From Myxococcota bacterium (GTDB lineage: Bacteria; Myxococcota_A; UBA9160; UBA6930), in the NCBI GenBank assembly GCA_965223415.1, contig OZ245002.1, positions 1,344,001-1,408,000 of the forward strand: a stretch of DNA of 64,000 nt, given 5' to 3'. Positions 8,635 through 18,255 of the stretch are shown here, piece by piece. Made by a program: the position numbers and the translations under genes. The notes under the pieces are model-generated. The model saw nothing but the letters and a program-made list of their open reading frames with translations. It was not told where the DNA came from and ran no database searches. Within the stretch, counting starts at the first letter, position 1. Each line of letters starts with the position of its first letter.

Positions 8635-10328
8635 GGCCCGCGAACCAGGCCCCCGGGCAGGGCCCCGGTGGGCTCGCCGTCCTCGTAGATGACCTCGCCG
8701 TTCTTGATCGTGTAGCGGTAGCCGTCGACCTTCTGGATCAGGCGCCGTCCGCCACCCGGGAGGTCGTAGACCATCTCGGGCGCGTGGATGTGCAGGCCGT
8801 CGAAGTCGATCACGTTCAGGTCGGCGCGCATGCCCGGCGCCAGGACGCCGCGATCCTCCATGCCGTAGAACGCGGCGGTGCGGCGGGTCTGCTGCTCGAC
8901 CAGGACCTCGAGGGGAATGCGATCGCCGCGATCGCGATCGCGCACCCAGTGGGTGAGCAGGAAGCTCGGCATGCTGGCGTCGCAGACGAGGCCGCAGTGG
9001 GCGCCGCCGTCGGAGAGACCGAAGACCGAGCGCTCGTGGAGCATCATCTCGCGGATCGGCTCCAGGTGGCCGTTCGCGTAGCCGAGCAGCGGCAGGTAGA
9101 GGAAGTCGCCGGCCAGCATCCGGTCGTAGGCGACCTCGGCGCCTTCGCGCCCCTCGCGCTCGGCGATGGCGGCGATGCTCTTCTCCGGGCCCGGCTCGTA
9201 GTCCGGCGGGTCGCCAAGGGGGAACATCATGTTCCAGGCGCTCGCGATGATCGCCGTCACGCCCGGGCGGCCCCGGAGATCCGGCTCGTCGGCCAGGATC
9301 GCCGCCCGCACCTCCGGCTCCGCCAGCTTCCGCCGCTTCTCCTCCCGCGGCAGGTTCCAGTAGGGATGGAACGCGGGCCGCAGCATGAAGGGGTGGAAGC
9401 TGCTCTCGAAGCCGAGCAGCAGCCCCGCCGGGCGCTGGGCCACCTGCGGGGTGAGGCAGCCGCCCTCGGCGGCGTCCTCGTCCACCACGGCCAGGAGCCG
9501 CTTCCACTGGTCGGGATCGGTCGGGTTCTGCAGGCAGGCGAAGGTGACGGGCCGGCCGGTCTCCTTGCCGAGCTGCCGCATCCAGCGAAGCTCCTCGCCC
9601 TCGGGCGCCAGATCGCTCGCCACCTCGAACACTCCGTGGCCCACCTCGCCTAGCGTGCGACCGATGCCGAGCACCTCTTCGTCCTCGGCGGTGGTGCCGG
9701 GCACGAGCTCGCCGTCCTTCGCCCGGTGCAGGATGGTGCGCGAAGTGGAGAAGCCCAGCGCGCCGGCCTGGAGGCCTTCCTTCACGATCGCCGCCATCTG
9801 CTCGATCTCTTCCGGCGTGGCCTTCTCGTTCTTCGCGCCGCGCTCGCCCATCACGTAGGCGCGCACCGCGCCGTGGGGGATCTGGGCCGCGACGTCGATC
9901 GCGCGGGGCATCTTCTCCACCGCGTCCAGGTATTCCGGGAAGCTCTCCCACTCCCAGTGGATGCCCTCGGCGAGCGCCGTGCCGGGGATGTCTTCGACGC
10001 CCTCCATGAGCTGGATCAGGAAGTCTTCCTGGCCCGGGTGCACCGGCGCGAAGCCCACGCCGCAGTTGCCCATCACCAGGGTGGTGACGCCATTCCAGCC
10101 GGAGGGCGTCAGGTAGGGATCCCAGGTGACCTGGCCGTCGTAGTGGGTGTGGATGTCGACCCAGCCGGGCGTGACGAGCTGGCCTTCGGCGTCGACCTCG
10201 CGACGGCCCGGGCCCACATCCTCACCGACGGCGACGATGCGATCACCGTCCATCGCCACGTCGGCGCGGCGCGCCGGCGCGCCGGTGCCGTCCACCACGA
10301 TTCCGCCACGGATCACGAGATCGTGCAT
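8613..10328 (-). CDS. N-acyl-D-amino-acid deacylase family amidohydrolase
   Basis: [67 protein letters not shown]. Confidence 0.93.
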   Translation of the reverse strand: MHDLVIRGGIVVDGTGAPARRADVAMDGDRIVAVGEDVGPGRREVDAEGQLVTPGWVDIHTHYDGQVTWDPYLTPSGWNGVTTLVMGNCGVGFAPVHPGQEDFLIQLMEGVEDIPGTALAEGIHWEWESFPEYLDAVEKMPRAIDVAAQIPHGAVRAYVMGERGAKNEKATPEEIEQMAAIVKEGLQAGALGFSTSRTILHRAKDGELVPGTTAEDEEVLGIGRTLGEVGHGVFEVASDLAPEGEELRWMRQLGKETGRPVTFACLQNPTDPDQWKRLLAVVDEDAAEGGCLTPQVAQRPAGLLLGFESSFHPFMLRPAFHPYWNLPREEKRRKLAEPEVRAAILADEPDLRGRPGVTAIIASAWNMMFPLGDPPDYEPGPEKSIAAIAEREGREGAEVAYDRMLAGDFLYLPLLGYANGHLEPIREMMLHERSVFGLSDGGAHCGLVCDASMPSFLLTHWVRDRDRGDRIPLEVLVEQQTRRTAAFYGMEDRGVLAPGMRADLNVIDFDGLHIHAPEMVYDLPGGGRRLIQKVDGYRYTIKNGEVIYEDGEPTGALPGGLVRGPQAAPLS

Positions 10329-10379
10329 CGGATGCTCCTCTCCCAAGGGGAAGTGGGGCAGAACGTAGCACTCCCCGGA

Positions 10380-12530
10380 TCAGTCGACGGGCTCGATCGT
10401 CACCGGCACGCCGTTGAAAACGGCGTTGCCGACGACGGGCTCGAGCACCGCGTCGTCCACGAGGTCGTTGCAGGAAACGCCCGGATGGGCTTCGGCGAGG
10501 GCCATCCGCAGGCCGGGCCCCCGGTGCCCCCAGCCGTGGGGCAGGCTCACGACGCCCGGCCGCAGATCCGTGGAAAGCTCGAGGGGGGCCTCCACCGCGC
10601 CCACCCGGCTGACGATGCGCACGACCTTCCGATCCAGGAGACCGCGCTCCGCCGCATCGTCGGGGTGCATCTGGAGGGTGCAGCGCTCGCGTCCCTTGGT
10701 GCCGACCCGTGTGTTGTGGAGCCAGGAGTTGCACGTGCGCACGTCGCGGCGGCCGATCAGCCGCAGGCCCGGCGGCGAGATGGGGGCGGCCGGGAGCTCC
10801 GCCGCGAGCCGCGCCAGCTCGGCGCGCATGGGCTCGGGGGCGAGGTCGATGCGCTGGTCCGGCGTACACAGGACGCGGTCCAGGCCCGGCTCGAGGGGCC
10901 CGAGGTCGATGCCGCTGGGCTGCGCCTCCAGGTCCCGCAGCCGCAGCCCACGGCGCCACGGGCGGAAGCCGTCGCCATGGGGGCCCATGCGCAGACCCAG
11001 ATCGAGGAGCGTACGCAGCTTGGGGACGCGCCGGCGCAGGAGGTTCAGGGCCCGGCGCCGGAGGGGCCCGCCCTTCCTCGCGCCGAGCCGCAGCGCCAGG
11101 TCGACGAGCATCTCGTAATCGTCGGGCTGGCCCGGCGCCGGCTCGAGGGCGGCGGGCGAGAGTTTCGCCGTGTTGCGGATGGCGAAGCCGTGGAAGAGTG
11201 CCTCGTAGTTGTCGTGTTCGAGGGACCAGCTCGGCGGCAGCACGAGGTCGGCGTGGCGGGTCGTCTCGTTCAGGTAGAAGTCGACCGCAGCCTGGAAGTC
11301 GAGGCCCTCCATCGCTCGGGCGAGGGCCGGGCCGTTCGGTGCGCTCAGCACGGGGTTGCCGGCGACGGTGAGGAGACCGCGCACCTGGCCCGGTCCGGGC
11401 GTCGCGATCTCCTCGGCCAGGCAGGCGGTCGGCGCGTCCCCGTTGAAGATGGGCGCACCGCGCACACGCGTGCGGCCGGTGTGCAGCTGGCCCGTGTCGC
11501 CGCGCAGCGTGATCAGCCCCGCGAGGTCCAGGGCCGGCCGCGGGAACATCGCGCCGCCGGGACGGTCGAGGTTGCCGGTGAGCAGGTTCAGGACGTCGAC
11601 GAGCCAGCTGTTCAGCGTCCCGAACGGGTGCTGGCAGGTGCCGACCCGCCCGTAGCAGACGGCGCGGGGCGCCGCGGCGAAGGCGCGAGCGAGCTCGCGG
11701 ATCCGGGCCGCCGGAAGGCCGATGGCGGGATGGACGGCTTCCGGCGTGAAGGGCGCCACCGCCGCGGCCAGGGCAGCGCGGCCGTGGGCGCGCTCGGCGG
11801 CCGGGCTCCCGCGCCCGAGCTTCTCCTCGAGGACCGTGTGCACCAGCGCCGCGAGCAGCCACCCGTCGGCGCCCGGCGGAAGAGACCAATGCTCGTCGGC
11901 CATCCGCGCGGTCTCGCTGCGGCGGGGATCCACGACCACGAGTCGTCCACCCCGGGCGTGCAGCCGGCGGATCGTGTCGTCGAAGCGCGGCGCCGACATC
12001 AGGCTGCCGCCGGAGACCACCGGGTTCGCACCGAGCATCAGCAGGAAGTCGGTGCGCTCGACGTCGGGGATCGGCAGGTGCAGCCAGTGGCCGAAGAGCA
12101 TCAGGGAGGACGCGTGCTTGGGGTTCTGGTCGAGGGAGCTGGCCGAGTAGCGGCTGCGACTCCCGAGGGCCATGCCGAACGGCGTGAGGCCGAAGAGGAT
12201 GCCGAGGCTGTGGGCGCTCGGGTTGCCGATGTAGAGGGCGACGGCGTCGTCGCCGTGGCGGCGTTGCAGGCCGGCGACGCGCTCCGCCGTCTCGCCCAGC
12301 GCGTCCTCCCAGCCGATCTCCTCCCAGTCCCCGCCGCGCTTGCGCAGGGGACGGGTGAGCCGGTCCGGATCGTGCTGGATCTCGCCGAGGGCCACCGCTT
12401 TGGGGCACAGCGCGCCGTGGCTGTAGGGATCCTCCGGATCCCCCTCGATCCGCCCGACCTCCCGCCCCTTCACCTCGATGCGCAGCCCGCACATCGCCTC
12501 GCACAGGTTGCAGGTCTTGTGGACGATCAC
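10380..12530 (-). CDS. Molybdopterin-dependent oxidoreductase (DMSO reductase superfamily) with N-terminal 4Fe-4S motif
   Basis: TCNLCEAMCG...LCPKA, GANPVVSGGS, VDPRRSETA, GNPVLSAPNG, VSLPHGWGH; GTG 12530 supported by TACCCT 6 nt upstream. Confidence 0.92.
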   Translation of the reverse strand: MIVHKTCNLCEAMCGLRIEVKGREVGRIEGDPEDPYSHGALCPKAVALGEIQHDPDRLTRPLRKRGGDWEEIGWEDALGETAERVAGLQRRHGDDAVALYIGNPSAHSLGILFGLTPFGMALGSRSRYSASSLDQNPKHASSLMLFGHWLHLPIPDVERTDFLLMLGANPVVSGGSLMSAPRFDDTIRRLHARGGRLVVVDPRRSETARMADEHWSLPPGADGWLLAALVHTVLEEKLGRGSPAAERAHGRAALAAAVAPFTPEAVHPAIGLPAARIRELARAFAAAPRAVCYGRVGTCQHPFGTLNSWLVDVLNLLTGNLDRPGGAMFPRPALDLAGLITLRGDTGQLHTGRTRVRGAPIFNGDAPTACLAEEIATPGPGQVRGLLTVAGNPVLSAPNGPALARAMEGLDFQAAVDFYLNETTRHADLVLPPSWSLEHDNYEALFHGFAIRNTAKLSPAALEPAPGQPDDYEMLVDLALRLGARKGGPLRRRALNLLRRRVPKLRTLLDLGLRMGPHGDGFRPWRRGLRLRDLEAQPSGIDLGPLEPGLDRVLCTPDQRIDLAPEPMRAELARLAAELPAAPISPPGLRLIGRRDVRTCNSWLHNTRVGTKGRERCTLQMHPDDAAERGLLDRKVVRIVSRVGAVEAPLELSTDLRPGVVSLPHGWGHRGPGLRMALAEAHPGVSCNDLVDDAVLEPVVGNAVFNGVPVTIEPVD

Positions 12531-12543
12531 CGGGCCAGGGTAC

Positions 12544-12622
12544 ACCGTGAGACAAGGGGACGTTCCTTTCTGTCTCACGGCAAAGCCGTGAGACAGAAAG
12601 GAACGTCCCCTTGTCTCACGGT
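12544..12622. repeat. REPIN-like inverted doublet, family A (copy 1)
   Basis: Perfect 38-bp arms (12544-12581, 12585-12622) around an AAA loop; each arm is CCGTGAGACA-AGGGGACGTTCCTTTC-TGTCTCACGG. Confidence 0.93.
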
Positions 12623-12651
12623 ATGCTCGGGGGCTGGAGGAACCCCACGCC

Positions 12652-13788
12652 ATGGCCGACATCCAGCCCTTCCAGATCGCCGCGACCGACGAGCAGCTCG
12701 ACGACCTGCGCCGGCGCCTGCAGCACACCCGCTGGCCCGAAGCGGAGACGCCGGACGACTGGTCCCAGGGGATTCCGCTCGCCTACACCCAGGAGGTCTG
12801 CGCCTACTGGGCGGAGAAGTACGACTGGCGCGCGCGGGAGGCGAGCCTCAACCGCTTCGACCAGTTCCGCACCGAGGTGGACGGCCTCGGCATCCACTTC
12901 ATCCACGTGCGCTCGCCCCACGAGGACGCCCTGCCCCTTGTGATCACCCACGGCTGGCCCGGCTCGGTGGTGGAGTTCCACAAGGTGATCGAGCCGCTCA
13001 CGAATCCGACCGCCCACGGCGGCGACGCGGCGGACGCCTTCCACGTCGTCTGCCCCTCGCTCCCGGGCTACGGCTTCTCCGACAAGCCCACCGCGCCGGG
13101 TTGGGGCGTCCAGAAGATCGCCGACGCCTGGGCGAAGCTGATGCCGAAGATCGGCTACCCGAGCTACGTCGCGCAGGGCGGCGACTGGGGCGCCATGGTC
13201 ACGACCTGCATCGGCATGCAGGACCCGAAGAACTGCCGCGGCATCCACCTCAACATGCCGATCGTCCCGCCGGACCCGGAGACGATGAACGATCTCACCG
13301 AACGCGAGCAGCAGGCCATGGCCGCCATGCAGCACTACCAGCAGTGGGACTCGGGCTACTCGAAGCAGCAGAGCACGCGCCCCCAGACCCTGGGCTACGG
13401 GCTCACGGACTCGCCGGCGGGCCAGGCGGCCTGGATCCTGGAGAAGTTCTGGTCCTGGACCGACTGCAGCGGGCACCCGGAGAACGTGCTCACCCGCGAC
13501 GAGCTGCTGGACAACGTGATGCTCTACTGGCTGCCCGGCAACGCCGCCTCCTCGGCGCGGCTCTACTGGGAGAGCTTCAACCAGCCGCCGATGGGCAAGG
13601 TCGCCACACCGGTCGGCTGCAGCATCTTCCCCAAGGAGATCTTCCGCAGCTCGCGCCGCTGGGCGGAGAAGCACTTCGACGACCTCATCCACTGGAATGA
13701 GCCCGCCCAGGGCGGCCACTTCGCAGCCTTCGAGCAGCCGGAGGTCTTCGTGGACGAGGTGCGCACCTGCTTCCGCCAGCTTCGGTAG
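12652..13788 (+). CDS. Epoxide hydrolase (microsomal-type, EHN domain)
   Basis: YDWRARE, HGWPGS, PSLPGYGFS, QGGDWG, GGHFAAFEQP. Confidence 0.96.
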   Translation: MADIQPFQIAATDEQLDDLRRRLQHTRWPEAETPDDWSQGIPLAYTQEVCAYWAEKYDWRAREASLNRFDQFRTEVDGLGIHFIHVRSPHEDALPLVITHGWPGSVVEFHKVIEPLTNPTAHGGDAADAFHVVCPSLPGYGFSDKPTAPGWGVQKIADAWAKLMPKIGYPSYVAQGGDWGAMVTTCIGMQDPKNCRGIHLNMPIVPPDPETMNDLTEREQQAMAAMQHYQQWDSGYSKQQSTRPQTLGYGLTDSPAGQAAWILEKFWSWTDCSGHPENVLTRDELLDNVMLYWLPGNAASSARLYWESFNQPPMGKVATPVGCSIFPKEIFRSSRRWAEKHFDDLIHWNEPAQGGHFAAFEQPEVFVDEVRTCFRQLR

Positions 13789-13828
13789 CGCCCTCCAGCG
13801 GAGCGCGGGGCCGGCCGATGCAACGCTC

Positions 13829-14305
13829 ATGGCCTGTCTCCGCCGAGTCCTCTGCGGGTCGACCGCTCTCCTCATCGCCTGTGCCACGGCGGGGCCGCCC
13901 CTCGACGGCGCCTGGCGCTCGGACCGGGAACTCACGCTGGCACGGCTGGACGGGATTCTCGACACCTCGCCGGGCGCCAGGTGGGAGTTCCTCCGCGATG
14001 CGGAGTTCTTCGGCCACACGGTGGTCCTCTATCGCGGCAACGACGTCGCCCACGTCTACGAAGGGCGCTGCAGCCGGATGCCGCCCGTGAAGGTCGTGGC
14101 GAGTGAGCCGAGCGCCATCACCTACCGCTACTTCGACGTCCTCCACCAGCGGGCCGACACGTCTCGGATCGAGGTGGACGGCGACGTGCTCTGGGTCGAC
14201 GTCCCGCTGCTCGGCGAGGGCGCCCGCGAGGCCTTCCGGCGCATCCCCGTCGAGGAGGCTGTCGCCGACCACCCCTGTCTGGCCGAGGTGATGTCGCTCT
14301 GGTAG
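13829..14305 (+). CDS. Hypothetical lipoprotein
   Basis: MACLRRVLCGSTALLIAC lipobox-like N-terminus; LDGAWRSD beta-barrel-like start; codon usage fits the genome. Confidence 0.55.
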   Translation: MACLRRVLCGSTALLIACATAGPPLDGAWRSDRELTLARLDGILDTSPGARWEFLRDAEFFGHTVVLYRGNDVAHVYEGRCSRMPPVKVVASEPSAITYRYFDVLHQRADTSRIEVDGDVLWVDVPLLGEGAREAFRRIPVEEAVADHPCLAEVMSLW

Positions 14306-14338
14306 CTGCAGCACCGCCGGAGTGAGGCGCCGCACCCG

Positions 14339-16240
14339 CTAGTCCGCAGGCCCGTCCTCCGACGCCCCCGCGACCACCTCGAGCAGCCCCTTGCCGAAGC
14401 GGTCGGCCTTGGCGGGGCCGATGCCGTGGGCGAGCAGGAGCTCCTCGCGGTTGCGGGGACGCAGCAGGGCGATGTCCCGAAGCGTCCGGTCGCTGGCGAC
14501 GACGTAGGGCGGGACGGCGGCGGCGCGGGCCACTTCGAGGCGGTGGTGGCGCAGCGTCTCGAAGAGTGCCTCGCCGGCCTCGTCCAGGGCATCGGCGACG
14601 GCCTCCGCCCGCGCGGAAGGAGTGCGGGCCACGGTGCCGGCGGCCGGGCGCGCGGGCCGGGCCGGGCCCTCGGGCGGAAGCGTGAGGCGCGCGGGGAGCT
14701 CGGCGCGCATCACCCGCGCGCCTTCCTCGGTGAGCACGACGACGGGGCGATCGCCGCCGATGAAGTCGACCCAGCCAGCGGTGACGCAGCGGCGCAGGAG
14801 CTTCGTGATCCACAGGTCCGAGCGGTCGGAGAGCACTCCGAAGGTCGGGGTCCGGTCCAGGCGCGTGCTCGCCAGCCGCTCGTCATCGGCGCCGCGCAGG
14901 AGCTTCGCGGCCATCTGCAGGCCGAAGCGCCCGTGCACGCGTGCCACGCCCGAGAGCGCCTTGCGCACCACCAGGGTGACGGTTTCAGCGTCCGTGTCGC
15001 TCCGCGCCACCAGATCGCGGCACACGTCGCAACGGCCGCAGCCAGCGAGGGTCTCCTCCTCGTCGCCGAAGTAGCGCAGGATGGCGTCGTGGCGGCAGCT
15101 CCCGCCCTCGGCCCAGCGCATCAGCTCGAGGAAGAGGTTCCACTTGTGGCGCGCGATTTCCGGATCCGTCGCGTCGCCCTCGATCAGGTGACGGCGCAGC
15201 GGGAGATCGCCGGCGGAGACCAGCAGCAGGCCCTGGGCGGGCTCACCGTCCCGCCCGGCGCGGCCCACCTCCTGGTAGTAGGCCTCGATGGAGCTCGGCG
15301 GCGCCAGGTGGACGACGGCGCGGACGTCCGCGCGATCGATGCCCATGCCAAAGGCGTTGGTCGCGACGACCACCTCGGTGCCGCCGCCGGAGAAGCGGCC
15401 GTGGACCGTCTCGCGCACGGCGCCGCCCATGCCGGCGTGGTAGGCGTCGGTTCGGTAGCCCGCCCGGCCGAGCCGGGCGGCCTCCTGCTCCGTCGCCTTG
15501 CGGGTCGGCGAATAGACGATCGCGCAGCCCCGGACCGAGCCCGGCGTGCCGATCGCCTCGCGCAGCACGGCGTCCACGGACGCATCGCGATCGCGCTTCG
15601 AGGCGACCTCCCGGGCTGCCAGCGCGAGATTCGGGCGGGCGAAGCCGCGCACGAGCTGGGGCGTGTCGGCCGGGAGCCCGAGACGCTCGAGGATCTCGTC
15701 GCGCACCACCGGCGTGGCCGTCGCCGTGCACGCCAACACCTGCGCATCGGGAAGCGCCGCGACCACCTCGCTGATCTGCATGTACTCGGGGCGGAAGTCG
15801 TGGCCCCACTCGCTGATGCAGTGGGCCTCGTCGACGGCCACGAGCGGACACGCGAGATCGGCGAGCAGCGACCGGAAGCCGTCGAAGGCGAGGCGCTCCG
15901 GGGCCACGTAGGCGAGCTTGTAGCTACCGCGGCCGAGCTCCCGCATGCGCCGGCGCAGCTCGCCCCCGTCGAGCGTGGCGGCGAGGAAGGTGGCGGGCAC
16001 ACCGATCGCTTCGAGGGCCGACACCTGGTCCTGCATCAGCGAGACCAGTGGCGAGACCACCAGACTCGTTCCGGGCAGCTCCGAGGCGGGGAGCTGATAG
16101 ACCAGGCTCTTGCCGCCGCCGGTGGGGGCCACGAGCAGCAGGCGGCCGACGCGCAGCAGCGTCTCCACGGCCTCCCGTTGGCCGGAGCGGAACTTCTCGA
16201 GGCCGAAGCGCTCGAGCGCTCCATCCAGATCGATCGACAC
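14339..16240 (-). CDS. recQ: ATP-dependent DNA helicase RecQ (RQC and HRDC domains)
   Basis: PTGGGKSL, VDEAHCISEWGHDFRP, ATNAFGMGID, YYQEVGRAGRDG, CRH..CGRCDVC, HRDC VPPYVVASDRTL; GTG 16240 with GAGGA RBS. Confidence 0.96.
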   Translation of the reverse strand: MSIDLDGALERFGLEKFRSGQREAVETLLRVGRLLLVAPTGGGKSLVYQLPASELPGTSLVVSPLVSLMQDQVSALEAIGVPATFLAATLDGGELRRRMRELGRGSYKLAYVAPERLAFDGFRSLLADLACPLVAVDEAHCISEWGHDFRPEYMQISEVVAALPDAQVLACTATATPVVRDEILERLGLPADTPQLVRGFARPNLALAAREVASKRDRDASVDAVLREAIGTPGSVRGCAIVYSPTRKATEQEAARLGRAGYRTDAYHAGMGGAVRETVHGRFSGGGTEVVVATNAFGMGIDRADVRAVVHLAPPSSIEAYYQEVGRAGRDGEPAQGLLLVSAGDLPLRRHLIEGDATDPEIARHKWNLFLELMRWAEGGSCRHDAILRYFGDEEETLAGCGRCDVCRDLVARSDTDAETVTLVVRKALSGVARVHGRFGLQMAAKLLRGADDERLASTRLDRTPTFGVLSDRSDLWITKLLRRCVTAGWVDFIGGDRPVVVLTEEGARVMRAELPARLTLPPEGPARPARPAAGTVARTPSARAEAVADALDEAGEALFETLRHHRLEVARAAAVPPYVVASDRTLRDIALLRPRNREELLLAHGIGPAKADRFGKGLLEVVAGASEDGPAD

Positions 16241-16337
16241 GAACGTTCCTCGGAGGAGACCGGGGCCGCGAAGGTAGCGGTTTCGTGGCGATTCCGGGCG
16301 CCCTACCATCGGCGCCCCACGTCCGACCGGAGTGCCC

Positions 16338-18251
16338 ATGCGAACCCTCACGACCGTCCTGTCCCTTCCCTTTCTGGCCGCGGCCCTCGCCGCGGCGGCT
16401 ACCGAGGCCCCCTTCGAGCGCACCGAGGAACGGGAGACCTGCGTCGCCTACGACGAGAACCGCCGGCCCTTCTTCGGCGATAGCCACGTCCACACCGCCT
16501 ACTCCTTCGACGCCGGGAGTCAGGATACGCGCAACACGCCCCGGGACGCCTATCGCTTCGCCAAGGGCGGGGAGGTGGGGCTCCAGCCCTTCGCCCCGGA
16601 CGGCACCCCGACCCGCACCGCCCGGCTCGACCGGCCCCTCGACTGGACCGTGGTCACCGATCACGCGGAGGTCCTCGGCGAGGTCCGGGTCTGCCGCGAT
16701 CCGAGCGCCCCGGGCTACGACTCCGACTTCTGCTGGATCTACCGCGGCTTCGGGCCCCTGGCCATGAACCTGGTGGCCCTGCGGACCATCGTGGGCAAGG
16801 AGCGCTTCCAGTTCTGCGGCGAGGACGACGTGAGCTGCCTGAAGCAGGCCGCGGTGGTGTGGGGCGACATCCAGGCGGCGGCGGAAGAGGCCTACGATCG
16901 CAGCTCGGCGTGCTCCTTCACGAGCTTCGTCGGCTACGAGTGGACGGGCTCCCTCTCGGGCGGGCAGAACCTCCATCGCAACGTCGTCTTCCGCAACGAG
17001 AAGGTGCCGGACGTGGCGCCGAGCTGGGTCGACACGCCCTCGGCCTTCGCCCACTGGCAGCGGCTCGAGGCGGACTGCGTCCAGGGCAAGCCCGGCTGCG
17101 ACGCCATCACGATCCCCCACAACTCCAACCTGAGCGGACCGGGCCTGATGTTCGCATCGGCAAAGATCGAGAAGCCCGTGGACCTCGGGATTCCGGTGGA
17201 CGCGGAGGAAGCCACGCTGCGCCAGCGCTGGGAGCCGCTGATCGAGATCATGCAGCACAAGGGCGATTCCGAGTGCCTGATGAGCGGAGACACCAGCGAC
17301 GAGGCCTGCGGCTTCGAGAAGCTCCCCTACAACAGCTTCGCCGGCGTCGGGCGCTTCCGTCAGCTGAACCTCGGCGTGGATCTCGAACCCGACGCGCGCG
17401 GCATGGTGCGCGACGCGCTGAAGAAGGGGATCGCCCTGGAGGGGAAGCTCGGGGTGAACCCGCTCAAGTACGGGATCATCGCCAGCACCGACACCCATCT
17501 CGGCACGCCGGGGCTGGTCTCCGAGGCGAACTCGAAGGGCCACGGCGGCGCGGGGCTGCGCGCCCTGGCCGGCCTCCCCGACGACCTGGAGTTCAACCCG
17601 GGCGGCCTGGCGGTGCTCTGGGCCGAGGAGAACAGCCGCGACGCGCTGTTCGCCGCCATGCAGCGGCGCGAGGCCTACGGAACCAGCGGCACGCGTCCGG
17701 TAGTGCGCTTCTTCGGCGGCTGGGGATACGAAGCGGCCCTGTGCGAGGCCGAGGACTTCGCCGCCCGAGGCTACGCCGGCGGCGTGCCGATGGGTGGCGA
17801 CCTGCCGACGGCCCCGGAAGGCGCCAGCGCGCCGGCCTTCGCAGTGTGGGCGCTGCGCGACGCGGGAGCCGAGGCCTCCCCGCTCCAGCGCATCCAGGTG
17901 GTGAAGGGCTGGGTCGAGAACGGCGAGGTGCGCGAGCAGGTCTTCGACGTGGCGGGCGGGCCGAACGAGGCGAGCGTGGACACGTCCACCTGCGAGACGA
18001 AGGGCAGCGGCGCCGAGCAGCTCTGCTCGGTCTGGCGGGATCCGGGCTTCGATGCGGACCAGGCCGCTTTCTACTACGCGCGGGTGCTCGAGAACCCGAC
18101 CTGCCGCTGGAGCCAGGCCCTGTGCGTCGCAGCGAAGGTCGATTGCAGCGACCCGAAGCCCGGCTACGAGGCCTGCTGTGCCCCGGACCACGTGAAGACG
18201 CTGCAGGAGCGGGCCTGGACCTCGCCCATCTGGTACACGCCGGGCTCGTGA
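16338..18251 (+). CDS. DUF3604 family secreted PHP-like metallohydrolase
   Basis: Signal peptide; FFGDSHVHTAYSFDA, VTDHAE, GYEWT, LHRNV, IPHNSN, TDTH, YGTSG, QERAWTSPIWY. Confidence 0.9.
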   Translation: MRTLTTVLSLPFLAAALAAAATEAPFERTEERETCVAYDENRRPFFGDSHVHTAYSFDAGSQDTRNTPRDAYRFAKGGEVGLQPFAPDGTPTRTARLDRPLDWTVVTDHAEVLGEVRVCRDPSAPGYDSDFCWIYRGFGPLAMNLVALRTIVGKERFQFCGEDDVSCLKQAAVVWGDIQAAAEEAYDRSSACSFTSFVGYEWTGSLSGGQNLHRNVVFRNEKVPDVAPSWVDTPSAFAHWQRLEADCVQGKPGCDAITIPHNSNLSGPGLMFASAKIEKPVDLGIPVDAEEATLRQRWEPLIEIMQHKGDSECLMSGDTSDEACGFEKLPYNSFAGVGRFRQLNLGVDLEPDARGMVRDALKKGIALEGKLGVNPLKYGIIASTDTHLGTPGLVSEANSKGHGGAGLRALAGLPDDLEFNPGGLAVLWAEENSRDALFAAMQRREAYGTSGTRPVVRFFGGWGYEAALCEAEDFAARGYAGGVPMGGDLPTAPEGASAPAFAVWALRDAGAEASPLQRIQVVKGWVENGEVREQVFDVAGGPNEASVDTSTCETKGSGAEQLCSVWRDPGFDADQAAFYYARVLENPTCRWSQALCVAAKVDCSDPKPGYEACCAPDHVKTLQERAWTSPIWYTPGS

Positions 18252-18255
18252 GCTG

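Noticed and set aside
10380..12530. Selenocysteine formate dehydrogenase
   Set aside because: No in-frame TGA and no FDH active-site Cys/Sec-His motif.
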